Of a DNA stretch of 64,000 nucleotides, positions 36,839 to 45,287 are shown in pieces (position 1 is the stretch's first letter; each line of letters opens with the position of its first letter). Origin of the DNA: a virus. The translations under genes were made by a program, and so were the position numbers. The notes below the pieces were generated by a model that saw nothing but the letters and a program-made list of their open reading frames with translations, searched no databases and had not been told where the DNA came from. The DNA is taken from the IMG/VR virus record IMGVR_UViG_3300043444_000196, positions 3,499 to 67,498 of that record; one strand, 5' to 3'.

Positions 36839-38793
36839 CAGCGGCGCCCATCAGGTCGAATATCAATACGCGGCACGCCCAGCTGCCACTGCACGCCAAG
36901 GCCAGTCGAGCTCACTTTGAACGCCATCTGGCGCCCACGGATGCGTGTGTACACAATCTCCGTGAACTCTTGCACGGTGTAGTTGCGCTGTGCAGAATAG
37001 TTTTGGGTGCTGGTCACAGCAGGCGAGTCGCTTGTACCGTAGGCCGAACCGGGGTTCTGGCGTGGGCGCAGAGTAAACGTAGCCTCGGGCTGGTTCACGT
37101 AGGAGCCGTCAAACGTAATGTCCGGAATCATGCGCCAGACAAAACCGTAGTTGTGGCCGTCACCAATGTCGAAGTCGGCAGACTGGATGTACGCTGTAAT
37201 AGCAGATGGTGGGTTTGTTGTACCGTCATCCACACCGTCTTCATGGTAGATCAGCTGGCCGTCATAGCCAGCAGCTGTCGGGTAGCCGCGCAGGGGTGTA
37301 TCCAGCCAAGCCGTACGTGCCATGTTGCCGTAAGCCCACGTTTTCTCAAGGTGATTGTAGATCACGTAGCGGTCAACCGTATCCGAGTTGGCCGAGCAGT
37401 AGAACCACCAAATCTCGTTGAACCCTTCGTTTGTACCCGCAACTACTTGGAACTGCTGCAACAAGTTGATGTCGCCGAAGATGTACTGGCGCAGGGGGCA
37501 GTACAACGTCTCAACACGACCGGTATACATGTAGAACTTGTCCACACCCATCCAGTACGTGACGTTCGCCGCCGTAGCCATGGCGCTGGGGCTGGCAATA
37601 GAGATGTTGTCCGAAATGATCTGCACGCCCCAAACGTATGGCGGGCCAAGGTACTGCATCGAGTAGATCGCTGCATCCGTCCAAACCAAAATTTCCTGAC
37701 GAGACTGGTACGCGCCGATGATGCTGGAGCCGGAACTCAGGCGGAAGCTACCTGCTTGGTTGGTAGCGGATGGGGCCCACACAGCATAGTTTTCCTGATC
37801 CGACCAGCGAATCAGCATCGGGTCTTGCGTGGCTACGCCGTAGTCATTACAACCAAACGCGATCACAAAACGTGAGTTATCCGACACCATGACGAGGTTG
37901 GCCACGCTCGGGCAGCTAGTGTCCGTGGTCCAGTAGGCGGTGCCGTCTTGCGTGTCTGTGTTGGTTGAGGACAAAACTTGCGCACGGTAGTACGTGCTGC
38001 TAGACGCAGCAGGTACCCACAGGTAGAGCGGGCCACCACGATAGTTCATCAGCAAATAGTCGCCGTAGTTGTCTTGGCTCCACAAGCGCATCTGCACGCC
38101 AACACCAGAAGCAGCGGATTCACCCCAACCGGTCGTAGCTGCGCCAGTCACACCGCCAAAACCACCAGCACCCCAACCCGTAGCTACGGTGTAGATCGCC
38201 TCGCCAACAGGTATCAGATAAGCGAATGTGCCTGAACCAGTGGTTCCAGAGGATGTAGCCGGAGAGTCAACAACGATTGTGTACGTGTTAGCGTCTACAT
38301 ACGTGACTTGAAACTCGGTGTTGAGCGATGCTGACGGGATGCCGTTCACTGCGCCGGGTACGTCAGAGATGATGACAAAGTCCCCCGTACTGCACCCGTG
38401 CGCTGTGTCGTTCACGGTCACTGTAGTGCTGCCGTTAGTGGTTGTGAACGCATTGGATGCGATTGTTACGGTATCCCGGAGTGGTGTGATGTCGTTGAAG
38501 TTGCCGCCAGCGGAGTTTTGCAGGTAGAACTTCAGGTTGGTGCCGAGCCCCATCAAGTTGTTGCCGGTGGTGGTCACCCAGTTCCACAAGCTACGGCACA
38601 CTCCCCAGAACGAACCGGTGGCCGGAGGGACGACGTCGGCGGACTGCCCAGTATCTTTTTCCCAGCCGCCAACTTTCTCCGGAAAGCCCGAGCGAAAACG
38701 CACCTTGTCCATCTCGAACCAAGTGCCTTCGTTTGCAAGCGTTGTCGACTCCCGGTTGACGCCGGGGCGGAGTTTTAGCTGTTGGAGTGGCAT
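36838..38793 (-). CDS. Tail nozzle / P22 gp10-like stabilization protein
   Basis: IRWSDQE..W.P..TNQAG, RTAW, RGRQ, RIDIRPDGRR. Confidence 0.8.
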   Translation of the reverse strand: MPLQQLKLRPGVNRESTTLANEGTWFEMDKVRFRSGFPEKVGGWEKDTGQSADVVPPATGSFWGVCRSLWNWVTTTGNNLMGLGTNLKFYLQNSAGGNFNDITPLRDTVTIASNAFTTTNGSTTVTVNDTAHGCSTGDFVIISDVPGAVNGIPSASLNTEFQVTYVDANTYTIVVDSPATSSGTTGSGTFAYLIPVGEAIYTVATGWGAGGFGGVTGAATTGWGESAASGVGVQMRLWSQDNYGDYLLMNYRGGPLYLWVPAASSSTYYRAQVLSSTNTDTQDGTAYWTTDTSCPSVANLVMVSDNSRFVIAFGCNDYGVATQDPMLIRWSDQENYAVWAPSATNQAGSFRLSSGSSIIGAYQSRQEILVWTDAAIYSMQYLGPPYVWGVQIISDNISIASPSAMATAANVTYWMGVDKFYMYTGRVETLYCPLRQYIFGDINLLQQFQVVAGTNEGFNEIWWFYCSANSDTVDRYVIYNHLEKTWAYGNMARTAWLDTPLRGYPTAAGYDGQLIYHEDGVDDGTTNPPSAITAYIQSADFDIGDGHNYGFVWRMIPDITFDGSYVNQPEATFTLRPRQNPGSAYGTSDSPAVTSTQNYSAQRNYTVQEFTEIVYTRIRGRQMAFKVSSTGLGVQWQLGVPRIDIRPDGRR

Positions 38794-38818
38794 ACGTACC
38801 TCGTTAGCGGGTATTTTC

Positions 38819-39331
38819 TCACGCGGTCTTGAACAAGTCCACCTCGGCCTGACGGCGGCGAACCAGTCCTTTTAGCACCTTACCCCCGGCCTTCGTCCAC
38901 TGCATGAACGCTTCGGCTGCGCCATCCCAGTCTTCCCGCAGGATTTTCTGGCGGATGGTCGAGCGTTGGAAGTTGCCCAACCCTACATTGAAGCTGAACG
39001 CAACACAGGCATCAAATTTATGTTGATGCTCAGGACTATCGAGATTGGGAGCAAGTCGTAGAACACCACGTTCAAAAGATACGAGGTCATTCTTGAAAAT
39101 TTCGACCAGTTCATCTTTCGACCAGACACGGTTGTCCTCCGGGTGAAGTTGGTACTCAGCACGCAGGGGGCCAGTGTAGCCCTCTTTGCGTACCAGTGGG
39201 AGCTTGATCTGGTGTTGGTAGATCACATGCCCCCAGCCGATCGTCCACATCGAGGCGCTGCAGAGGTACGGTTTGTCCCTATAACCCTCGAACAGGTGCA
39301 TCAGGTGGATGCCTTTGTCGGACGTTCTCAT
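38819..39331 (-). CDS. Endolysin, GH24 lysozyme
   Basis: FEG-x-C-x5-TIGWGH catalytic pattern, FNVG, GLVRRR. Confidence 0.92.
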   Translation of the reverse strand: MRTSDKGIHLMHLFEGYRDKPYLCSASMWTIGWGHVIYQHQIKLPLVRKEGYTGPLRAEYQLHPEDNRVWSKDELVEIFKNDLVSFERGVLRLAPNLDSPEHQHKFDACVAFSFNVGLGNFQRSTIRQKILREDWDGAAEAFMQWTKAGGKVLKGLVRRRQAEVDLFKTA

Positions 39332-39852
39332 TTTTTCTGCCAGTTGCGAGAACCAAACCAGAAGCCGATGATGCCGCCCAGCATGCTCATCTCGTCGGGG
39401 GAGAACACAATGTCAGTGAACTTGATGAAGTCGTCGATGTTGGACATGATCTCAGGATGCGACCAGCCGTACATGGCGATCCAGACGTTGATACCAATCA
39501 ACTCAAAGATAAACAGGTAGGTCACAGTCGGACGCACGGTACCGATGTAGTTGGCCACCCATGGGGATGCCTTTTCCAGCACGGCTTTGTCGTGGTCTTG
39601 AGCGCCTTTGACCATGCCAGCTTCAGCTTCGGCCATTTGCGCTTGAGTCTGCATGGCGACCTGCTCTGTGCGGAACTCTTCAATCTTCTGTTGAGCAAGG
39701 AAACCTTCCTTGGCCATGGCCAGATCGCGCTCATTGGCCAGACGTGCCAGCTCCTGCTCGTGCTTTTGGTCTTGCTTGGCTTGGAAAAAGTCCAGCAGTT
39801 TGGGCAAGCCGGAGATCAGCAAGCCGCCAAGAGTGGAAATGAGAGATAGCAT
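39328..39852 (-). CDS. Holin-like membrane protein
   Basis: VRPTVTY and GFWFGSR; TM segments; overlaps the endolysin start. Confidence 0.7.
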   Translation of the reverse strand: MLSLISTLGGLLISGLPKLLDFFQAKQDQKHEQELARLANERDLAMAKEGFLAQQKIEEFRTEQVAMQTQAQMAEAEAGMVKGAQDHDKAVLEKASPWVANYIGTVRPTVTYLFIFELIGINVWIAMYGWSHPEIMSNIDDFIKFTDIVFSPDEMSMLGGIIGFWFGSRNWQKK

Positions 39853-39861
39853 GACAGCTCC

Positions 39862-40344
39862 TTACTTAGACAAAGGGTTGGTGGATGCACGCTTGAGGGC
39901 GTTCATTTCGGTACGCAGGTTGGTCACTGCGTTGTTGATCTCGTTTTGCAGCTGGGTCAGCTTGGCGTTGATCTCGCGGCCTTGGGCGTCCAAGATAGCT
40001 TTGGTCTCGGCGCTGCTGCCCTTGGCGATGGCGCTGGTCTCACGGGACAAAGCGATGGCGTCCGATGCCTTCTCAGCGATGCGCACAGCCTGCTCAGCCG
40101 TAGCCAGCTGGCGCTCTTTGACCGACTTCATTTCGATCGAGAAAGTCTGCACCTGCTCGCGCAGCTCAGTGTCGTCATAAGGCTTGGAAGACTCCACCGC
40201 TTCGATGGTGTCCTGCATCTTATTGAAAAACGTTATCCCCGCATAGGCTGATCCCGCTATCACAGGCAGTACGGTCAGGATCAATCCAAGAATCATCTGA
40301 GGTGATAAGGTCAAGGAGAAAGTTTTGCTGTCTTCGGATGTCAT
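39862..40344 (-). CDS. Membrane-anchored coiled-coil protein
   Basis: N-terminal TM then long heptad helix ending NPLSK. Confidence 0.7.
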   Translation of the reverse strand: MTSEDSKTFSLTLSPQMILGLILTVLPVIAGSAYAGITFFNKMQDTIEAVESSKPYDDTELREQVQTFSIEMKSVKERQLATAEQAVRIAEKASDAIALSRETSAIAKGSSAETKAILDAQGREINAKLTQLQNEINNAVTNLRTEMNALKRASTNPLSK

Positions 40345-41371
40345 CAGGAAGCTCCTGTTTCAGAGTCAATGTTTCGATAATACTGGGCTGCTTTGGCATA
40401 GCGCCGATCAACTCCAATTTCTGTACCAGTGCCGCTGCCTTCGCACCACTCCCTGCAGACGGAGCTGGAGCAGAGCTGACCGGTGATGGGGCAGCGGAAG
40501 TTTCCGAGCTGGTTTGGCTCTGGGGCGCGGAGGCGGGGGCCTCTGTACTCACTCCCTCCGTTGTCATCGTCGGCGCAGGTGCCGCTGGCACAGTTGCAGT
40601 TACGCTCAAGGTGGCGCTCGCACTTGTGGGGCTGGTCGGCGACGCCGGATTCAGAGGACTGATTGGCGATGTTGGGTTGGTCGGGTTTGTGATCGACTTT
40701 ACGCACGAATCCGAAGTAGTCATCCAAGATGTGAACGACAAAGTCCCATACGGGTCTGGACACGTGCCGACCCTTGTCTGCGTAATTGACCCCGTGTACC
40801 CCGCCGGGCAACTCAGGATTTGTGTTTCGCTGGTCGGTAGACATGTCGCTGGGTCAGGTTTGCAGGTGTTCTGGCTCAGCGTCCATGCTCCCCAGACGGC
40901 TTGGCCGTACGGGTCTTGGCAGGTGCTTTGGCGGATGTAGCTTTTGAGGCCGCTTTGGTGGGCGCCGCAGGCTTCGGTTTTGCTTTCACTGCTGGCTTGG
41001 CAGGTTGGAGGGTCTTGGACGCAGGTGTCTTGGTAGAGCTGCCACGGGCCTTGGGTGACTTTGCCGTCGCTGCAGGTTTGGGTTTCTTGCTTGTACTTTT
41101 TGACGCCGCTGAAGTGCGCGGGGCAGCTTTCGGTTTTCTCGGTGAAGCTGGTTTGACAGGTGACAACCGGGGCTGGGGCGACGCCGTTGCAGAAGTAGCT
41201 TTGCCAAGTACGGTCATAGGCTCCGGGAGCGCAGGCCCAGCAGCTGGTGTTGACGATGCAGTACTGGTAGGCCGTCGTACTAAACCACTGAGACGTGCAA
41301 TAACAGCCTTGAGCCAGCGCATCACCAGCCCCCAGCAGGCTTAGGATCAGCAGCAGAAACCGCTTTGCCAT
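40220..41371 (-). CDS. Secreted Cys-rich repeat protein
   Basis: Signal peptide; three ~53-aa 4-Cys/Trp repeats; Pro/Ser/Thr linker. Confidence 0.75.
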   Translation of the reverse strand: MAKRFLLLILSLLGAGDALAQGCYCTSQWFSTTAYQYCIVNTSCWACAPGAYDRTWQSYFCNGVAPAPVVTCQTSFTEKTESCPAHFSGVKKYKQETQTCSDGKVTQGPWQLYQDTCVQDPPTCQASSESKTEACGAHQSGLKSYIRQSTCQDPYGQAVWGAWTLSQNTCKPDPATCLPTSETQILSCPAGYTGSITQTRVGTCPDPYGTLSFTSWMTTSDSCVKSITNPTNPTSPISPLNPASPTSPTSASATLSVTATVPAAPAPTMTTEGVSTEAPASAPQSQTSSETSAAPSPVSSAPAPSAGSGAKAAALVQKLELIGAMPKQPSIIETLTLKQELPDDIRRQQNFLLDLITSDDSWIDPDRTACDSGISLCGDNVFQ

Positions 41372-41777
41372 ACAGCGCCTCGAATCGTTCAGGGTTCAGC
41401 TTCTTCCATGCGTCACGAGCAGCGTCGCCGATGGAGCCACCAATAGGGCACGGGGAGCCAGACATCTCCATCGCGTTCCACACACGCTCGTCTTGGCACA
41501 GGACAGCAACAGCCGCTACCTTCAGGCCCAGATCGTTGAGCACTTTTGATAGTTTGATGCGCTCGCAGTTCTTGTCGTTGATGACGGTACCGCCTGCAAC
41601 ACCGATGACGGTAGAAGAAACAGCGCCGCTAATAGGCACAGCGCAAATATCCTGACCCATAGCAGACAGACTCGGAGCCATCGCAGTCGGCGGTGGCTGG
41701 CCCTTGTAGTTAATGGTCGTGTCTTGCGCATAAACAACCGGCGCCATGAAAAGCATCAGTAGGAGTAGTTTGCGCAT
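41322..41777 (-). CDS. Secreted protein with four Cys
   Basis: Signal peptide VYA/Q; TAMAPS..DIC..NCERIKLS..LC..CP. Confidence 0.75.
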   Translation of the reverse strand: MRKLLLLMLFMAPVVYAQDTTINYKGQPPPTAMAPSLSAMGQDICAVPISGAVSSTVIGVAGGTVINDKNCERIKLSKVLNDLGLKVAAVAVLCQDERVWNAMEMSGSPCPIGGSIGDAARDAWKKLNPERFEALYGKAVSAADPKPAGGW

Positions 41778-41786
41778 TTTGTGCTT

Positions 41787-42068
41787 TCAGTATTTACCTT
41801 CAGCAAACACGTTTATGAACACAGTTCCGTCCTCCAGCGCCTCAATCTCATGCCACTCGTTTGCCTTGAGGTTTACTGGGCGGCTGTCTTTGGTCATGAC
41901 GTGCTCGATGCCTTCCTTACGAACAACAATTGATCCGGCAGCGCAGATGGTCAAATGAGAGTAAACGTGCTCATGCTTTGGCAGGCCTTCGCCTATGTTG
42001 GCGTGGTGCACGTTTATTGCTGCTCCGTCCTGCGTAACAGCAAAACGTGGCGCTATTGCATTTGTCAT
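41787..42068 (-). CDS. Cupin-fold protein
   Basis: HEH..H and WHEIEALEDGT. Confidence 0.8.
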   Translation of the reverse strand: MTNAIAPRFAVTQDGAAINVHHANIGEGLPKHEHVYSHLTICAAGSIVVRKEGIEHVMTKDSRPVNLKANEWHEIEALEDGTVFINVFAEGKY

Positions 42069-42322
42069 AGCGTTTGTGCGCCTTCAACCATGGGCTGATT
42101 TTGTGCGGAGTCAGACGGTGCAATATACTCCCCGATAGCGCCGTATTTGCCTGAAACAATATCAGCAAAAATAGCCCGCCCGTGCGCTTCCACATCGTTT
42201 TGGTCAGCAGTGAAAGGTAGTTGCTCATTGCCAAACTGAGATGTCGTAATAACGCAGTCGATGCGTGTATGTGCTTCATCCGCCCAAATCGGGGATGTAA
42301 CGGATGTCAAAATTGCGCTCAT
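42065..42322 (-). CDS. Tail fibre assembly chaperone
   Basis: P.W..IDC..LPFTA..D.E.HGR..GKYG.I; follows a fibre gene; AGGA RBS. Confidence 0.75.
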   Translation of the reverse strand: MSAILTSVTSPIWADEAHTRIDCVITTSQFGNEQLPFTADQNDVEAHGRAIFADIVSGKYGAIGEYIAPSDSAQNQPMVEGAQTL

Positions 42323-42332
42323 ACAGTTCCTT

Positions 42333-43712
42333 TCAAGAAATTCTAAGCCACAGAGTAAGCCCGTATGTACCTGCACAGAAGTTACTCCAACTATAGCCCA
42401 TACAGCGCCAAGTACCACTTGGCGTGCCGGAGCCTCCTGTGCCCGGAGTCGATGACGAAGTTACGTTCCACGTATTTCCATCTCGCCGCTGAATGCCCGC
42501 ATATCGCAAACTAGAGCCTGCTAGCGTACTTCCTTCCGAAACAATTGATGAACTAACACTGCCGAGCATTGCGTAAGTACCTACTGCACCAGTAGAGGCC
42601 GCCGCAGTAGCGGAAAGGACCTCGCTCGTGGAGGGGGTAACTGTAACCGCGCCTGTGCTACCGTTTACACTTGTAACACCGCCATTTCCTGCCGTTGTTG
42701 CATACGTTGCATTAGTTACGTATGTAGAGCCGATTGCAGACACGACGTCGGATGCCGATGCCGCGCTCAAAGCTGACGTGCCGTTACCCTTGATGAGTGC
42801 GCCGGACGAGAAACTTGACGCTCCAGTACCGCCATCAGCAACCGCCAAATCCGTGATACCGGTGATCGAACCCCCTGTGATTGCGACGTTGTTGGCGTTT
42901 TGGGTGGACATCGTGCCCAGCGAGCCCGTCGCGTTTGTAACAGCGGTGGTCACAAACGCTGTACTAGCCGCTTGCGTTGTGTTCGTACCGGCTGATGCGG
43001 TTGGTACCGTAGGAGTACCTGTAAACGCAGGGGATGCAACTGGGGCTACATCCGTACCAATAACCAGTCCAAGGTTTGTCCGTGCGTTTGCAGCGGTAGA
43101 CGCGCCAGTACCCCCATCGGCCACAGCCAAGTCGGTGATACCTGTGATCGAGCCACCAGTAATAGAAACGCTAGACGCTGCCTGCGTGGCCATCGTACCC
43201 AAACCCAAGTTTGTGCGAGCGTCTGCAGCGGTGGAAGCCCCCGTACCGCCATCAGCAACTGCCAAGTCCGTAACCAAAGTCAGGCTGGACAGGTGGTTGT
43301 TCTGGAACGCAAAGTTGGTGCCATCAGACCAGACGGTTACTGTCTTACCCGCAGGGACTGCTACACCTGCACCAGCAGCAGTGGTGTTACCCAAAACCGT
43401 GGAGTTGTAGATCGTGGCTGCGTAGCTGCTGGCGTTGTAGATCGTGTAAGTCTTTTCCGCCGGAGGTGCGTACACAGCAAACGCTGCCGTGGTCGTCGTG
43501 GTCAGTGCAATCGAAGCGTTACGCGACTGGTCAGCGGTACCGTTGTTGGCCGTCAGCGCTTGGTTGGCGCTTGTGACCGAAACAGACGTATAGCCAGAAA
43601 TGGCGTCTTCCAGCAAAGTGCCTAGATTCGTGTTCGTTGTCGAACCCCACGTACCGACTTGATCGCCGGTCGTGATAAGCTCGATTCGCAGGTTTGGTGA
43701 GTAGCTACTCAT
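42333..43712 (-). CDS. Tail fibre 2
   Basis: Three DLAVADGGTGAS repeats; SPAFTGTPTVPT; tip domain GTWRCMG. Confidence 0.85.
   Translation of the reverse strand: MSSYSPNLRIELITTGDQVGTWGSTTNTNLGTLLEDAISGYTSVSVTSANQALTANNGTADQSRNASIALTTTTTAAFAVYAPPAEKTYTIYNASSYAATIYNSTVLGNTTAAGAGVAVPAGKTVTVWSDGTNFAFQNNHLSSLTLVTDLAVADGGTGASTAADARTNLGLGTMATQAASSVSITGGSITGITDLAVADGGTGASTAANARTNLGLVIGTDVAPVASPAFTGTPTVPTASAGTNTTQAASTAFVTTAVTNATGSLGTMSTQNANNVAITGGSITGITDLAVADGGTGASSFSSGALIKGNGTSALSAASASDVVSAIGSTYVTNATYATTAGNGGVTSVNGSTGAVTVTPSTSEVLSATAAASTGAVGTYAMLGSVSSSIVSEGSTLAGSSLRYAGIQRRDGNTWNVTSSSTPGTGGSGTPSGTWRCMGYSWSNFCAGTYGLTLWLRIS
42335..42590. repeat. 256-bp direct repeat, copy A (fibre 2 tip)
   Basis: Matches 45290-45545 with 9 mismatches by manual count. 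Confidence 0.95.
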
Positions 43713-43721
43713 GGTTTACCC

Positions 43722-44723
43722 TCAGTTCGGGATTTGTGCCCAACCGGGCGATTGTGTGGTTGAAACAGCGGCCCAAGCCGGAGTTTGAGAGGTGTTGATG
43801 TTGCCCCAAACATTGACGTATCCTACACGACCTGTGCCATAAACGCCAGTGGGGTAGACGTTTGCTTTGGCAACTACTGAGACCGTACCAACGTAGCCAG
43901 TACCGTAAACCCCCGAAGGGTACGCATTTGCTGCAGCACGAACAGTGGCCGTACCCAGCGCCGTCGTGCCATAGACCCCGGTGACATCAATGTAGTTGTT
44001 GGAGACGATTGAAACGGTACCGACTTGCCCAGTTGCTTCTACGCCTGTCGGGTATACGTTACCTTTGGCAATTACCGTGGCTTCGCCAAGAGCGGTGGTA
44101 CCGTAAACGCCCGTCAGATCGACAATCGCGTTTGCCCCAACAGTCACATCGCCAAGATACGCAGTGGCCGCAACACCGTCAGGGTAGGTCTGTGCATCTG
44201 CAGTTACAGTGACGTAACCGACTGTACCGTTCATGGCGAACAGCGATACAGAAATACTGTTGTTGGTAACCAGCGTGACGTCGCCCAGCGCGGTAGTTCC
44301 GTAGACTCCAGTGGCGTCAATGTAGTTGTTGGTAACCAGCGTGACGTCGCCCAGCGCAGTTGTGGCTTCTTCGCCAGCAACATAAACCTGCGCATCCGCA
44401 GTTACCGTTACGTTGCCGAGTGCAGTTGTACCTACCTCGCCTGTTACGGAGATATTGTTGTTGGTGTTGAGCGTGACGTCGCCCAGCGCCGTAGTGCCGA
44501 CTTCACCCGTTACGTAAACTTCGGCGGTAGCTACTACAGAAACAGTACCAAGTGCGGTTGTTCCAACTTCGCCCGTAGGGTAGACGTTGGCGGTAGCAAT
44601 AGTAGTTACACTACCCAGTGAAGCTGTTGCGGAAACGCCGTCGACAGCAACCGTGGCGTTAACTGCGCCTTCGGCTATAGCTGCAAACGGGGCTGCGCTA
44701 AACGCGCTATCTCCGAACATCAC
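43722..44723 (-). CDS. Structural protein with ~21-aa tandem repeats
   Basis: Repeated V.TG..GTTALG.VT units. Confidence 0.75.
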   Translation of the reverse strand: MMFGDSAFSAAPFAAIAEGAVNATVAVDGVSATASLGSVTTIATANVYPTGEVGTTALGTVSVVATAEVYVTGEVGTTALGDVTLNTNNNISVTGEVGTTALGNVTVTADAQVYVAGEEATTALGDVTLVTNNYIDATGVYGTTALGDVTLVTNNSISVSLFAMNGTVGYVTVTADAQTYPDGVAATAYLGDVTVGANAIVDLTGVYGTTALGEATVIAKGNVYPTGVEATGQVGTVSIVSNNYIDVTGVYGTTALGTATVRAAANAYPSGVYGTGYVGTVSVVAKANVYPTGVYGTGRVGYVNVWGNINTSQTPAWAAVSTTQSPGWAQIPN

Positions 44724-44733
44724 TCACCTTTCA

Positions 44734-45279
44734 TTAGCGAAAACGTGGGCCGTATGCCCAAATAACCGCCGACTTGCGCAGTCCTTTTGTAACAGGCAGC
44801 ACTTGGTGCTCAAGGATAGACGGAAACGCCATGAGCGTGCCCTTCTTCAACTCAGGCTTGTACTCGTTGTACAGGCGCATCAAGAACTCGCCACCTTCAA
44901 ATTCATCGGGGTCACTAAGCATACACACAACCGAAAGTTTGCGGTCCGACGGGTTGCCTGAAAGCGTAAAGGTGTCTGTATGCCAACCGTAGTGCTGGTT
45001 CGGCCCATACTGCCCGTACTGGACATTCTCATGCCCCGTTATATCGTAGTCCCATTTGCAAACAGTGTTCGCCTCAAGTGCGTGCATGTACATTCGCTCG
45101 CCAAACCAATGCCCCTCCGGCGCAAAACGCACCGTAGTATTGCGGTGTTTATGCTCTGTGGTTTCGCCGTTTTGACCCATTGCTGCGTCTTTTGCTGGTA
45201 TGGCATCAAACTCCGCCATAGCCTTATCACACAGCGCAGGGTCAATTTGGCTTATGTACCATATTGGCAAGTGTTGCAT
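44734..45279 (-). CDS. 2OG-Fe(II) oxygenase (prolyl hydroxylase-like)
   Basis: YGWHTD, RKLS, FEGGEF, FPS..H.V.PVTKG.R. Confidence 0.9.
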   Translation of the reverse strand: MQHLPIWYISQIDPALCDKAMAEFDAIPAKDAAMGQNGETTEHKHRNTTVRFAPEGHWFGERMYMHALEANTVCKWDYDITGHENVQYGQYGPNQHYGWHTDTFTLSGNPSDRKLSVVCMLSDPDEFEGGEFLMRLYNEYKPELKKGTLMAFPSILEHQVLPVTKGLRKSAVIWAYGPRFR

Positions 45280-45287
45280 TTTTACCT

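Noticed and set aside
40876-41325. Histone-like Lys/Ala/Pro-rich alternative-frame ORF
   Set aside because: Composition is explained by shifting the Cys/Gln/Thr codons of the main frame; not fully excluded
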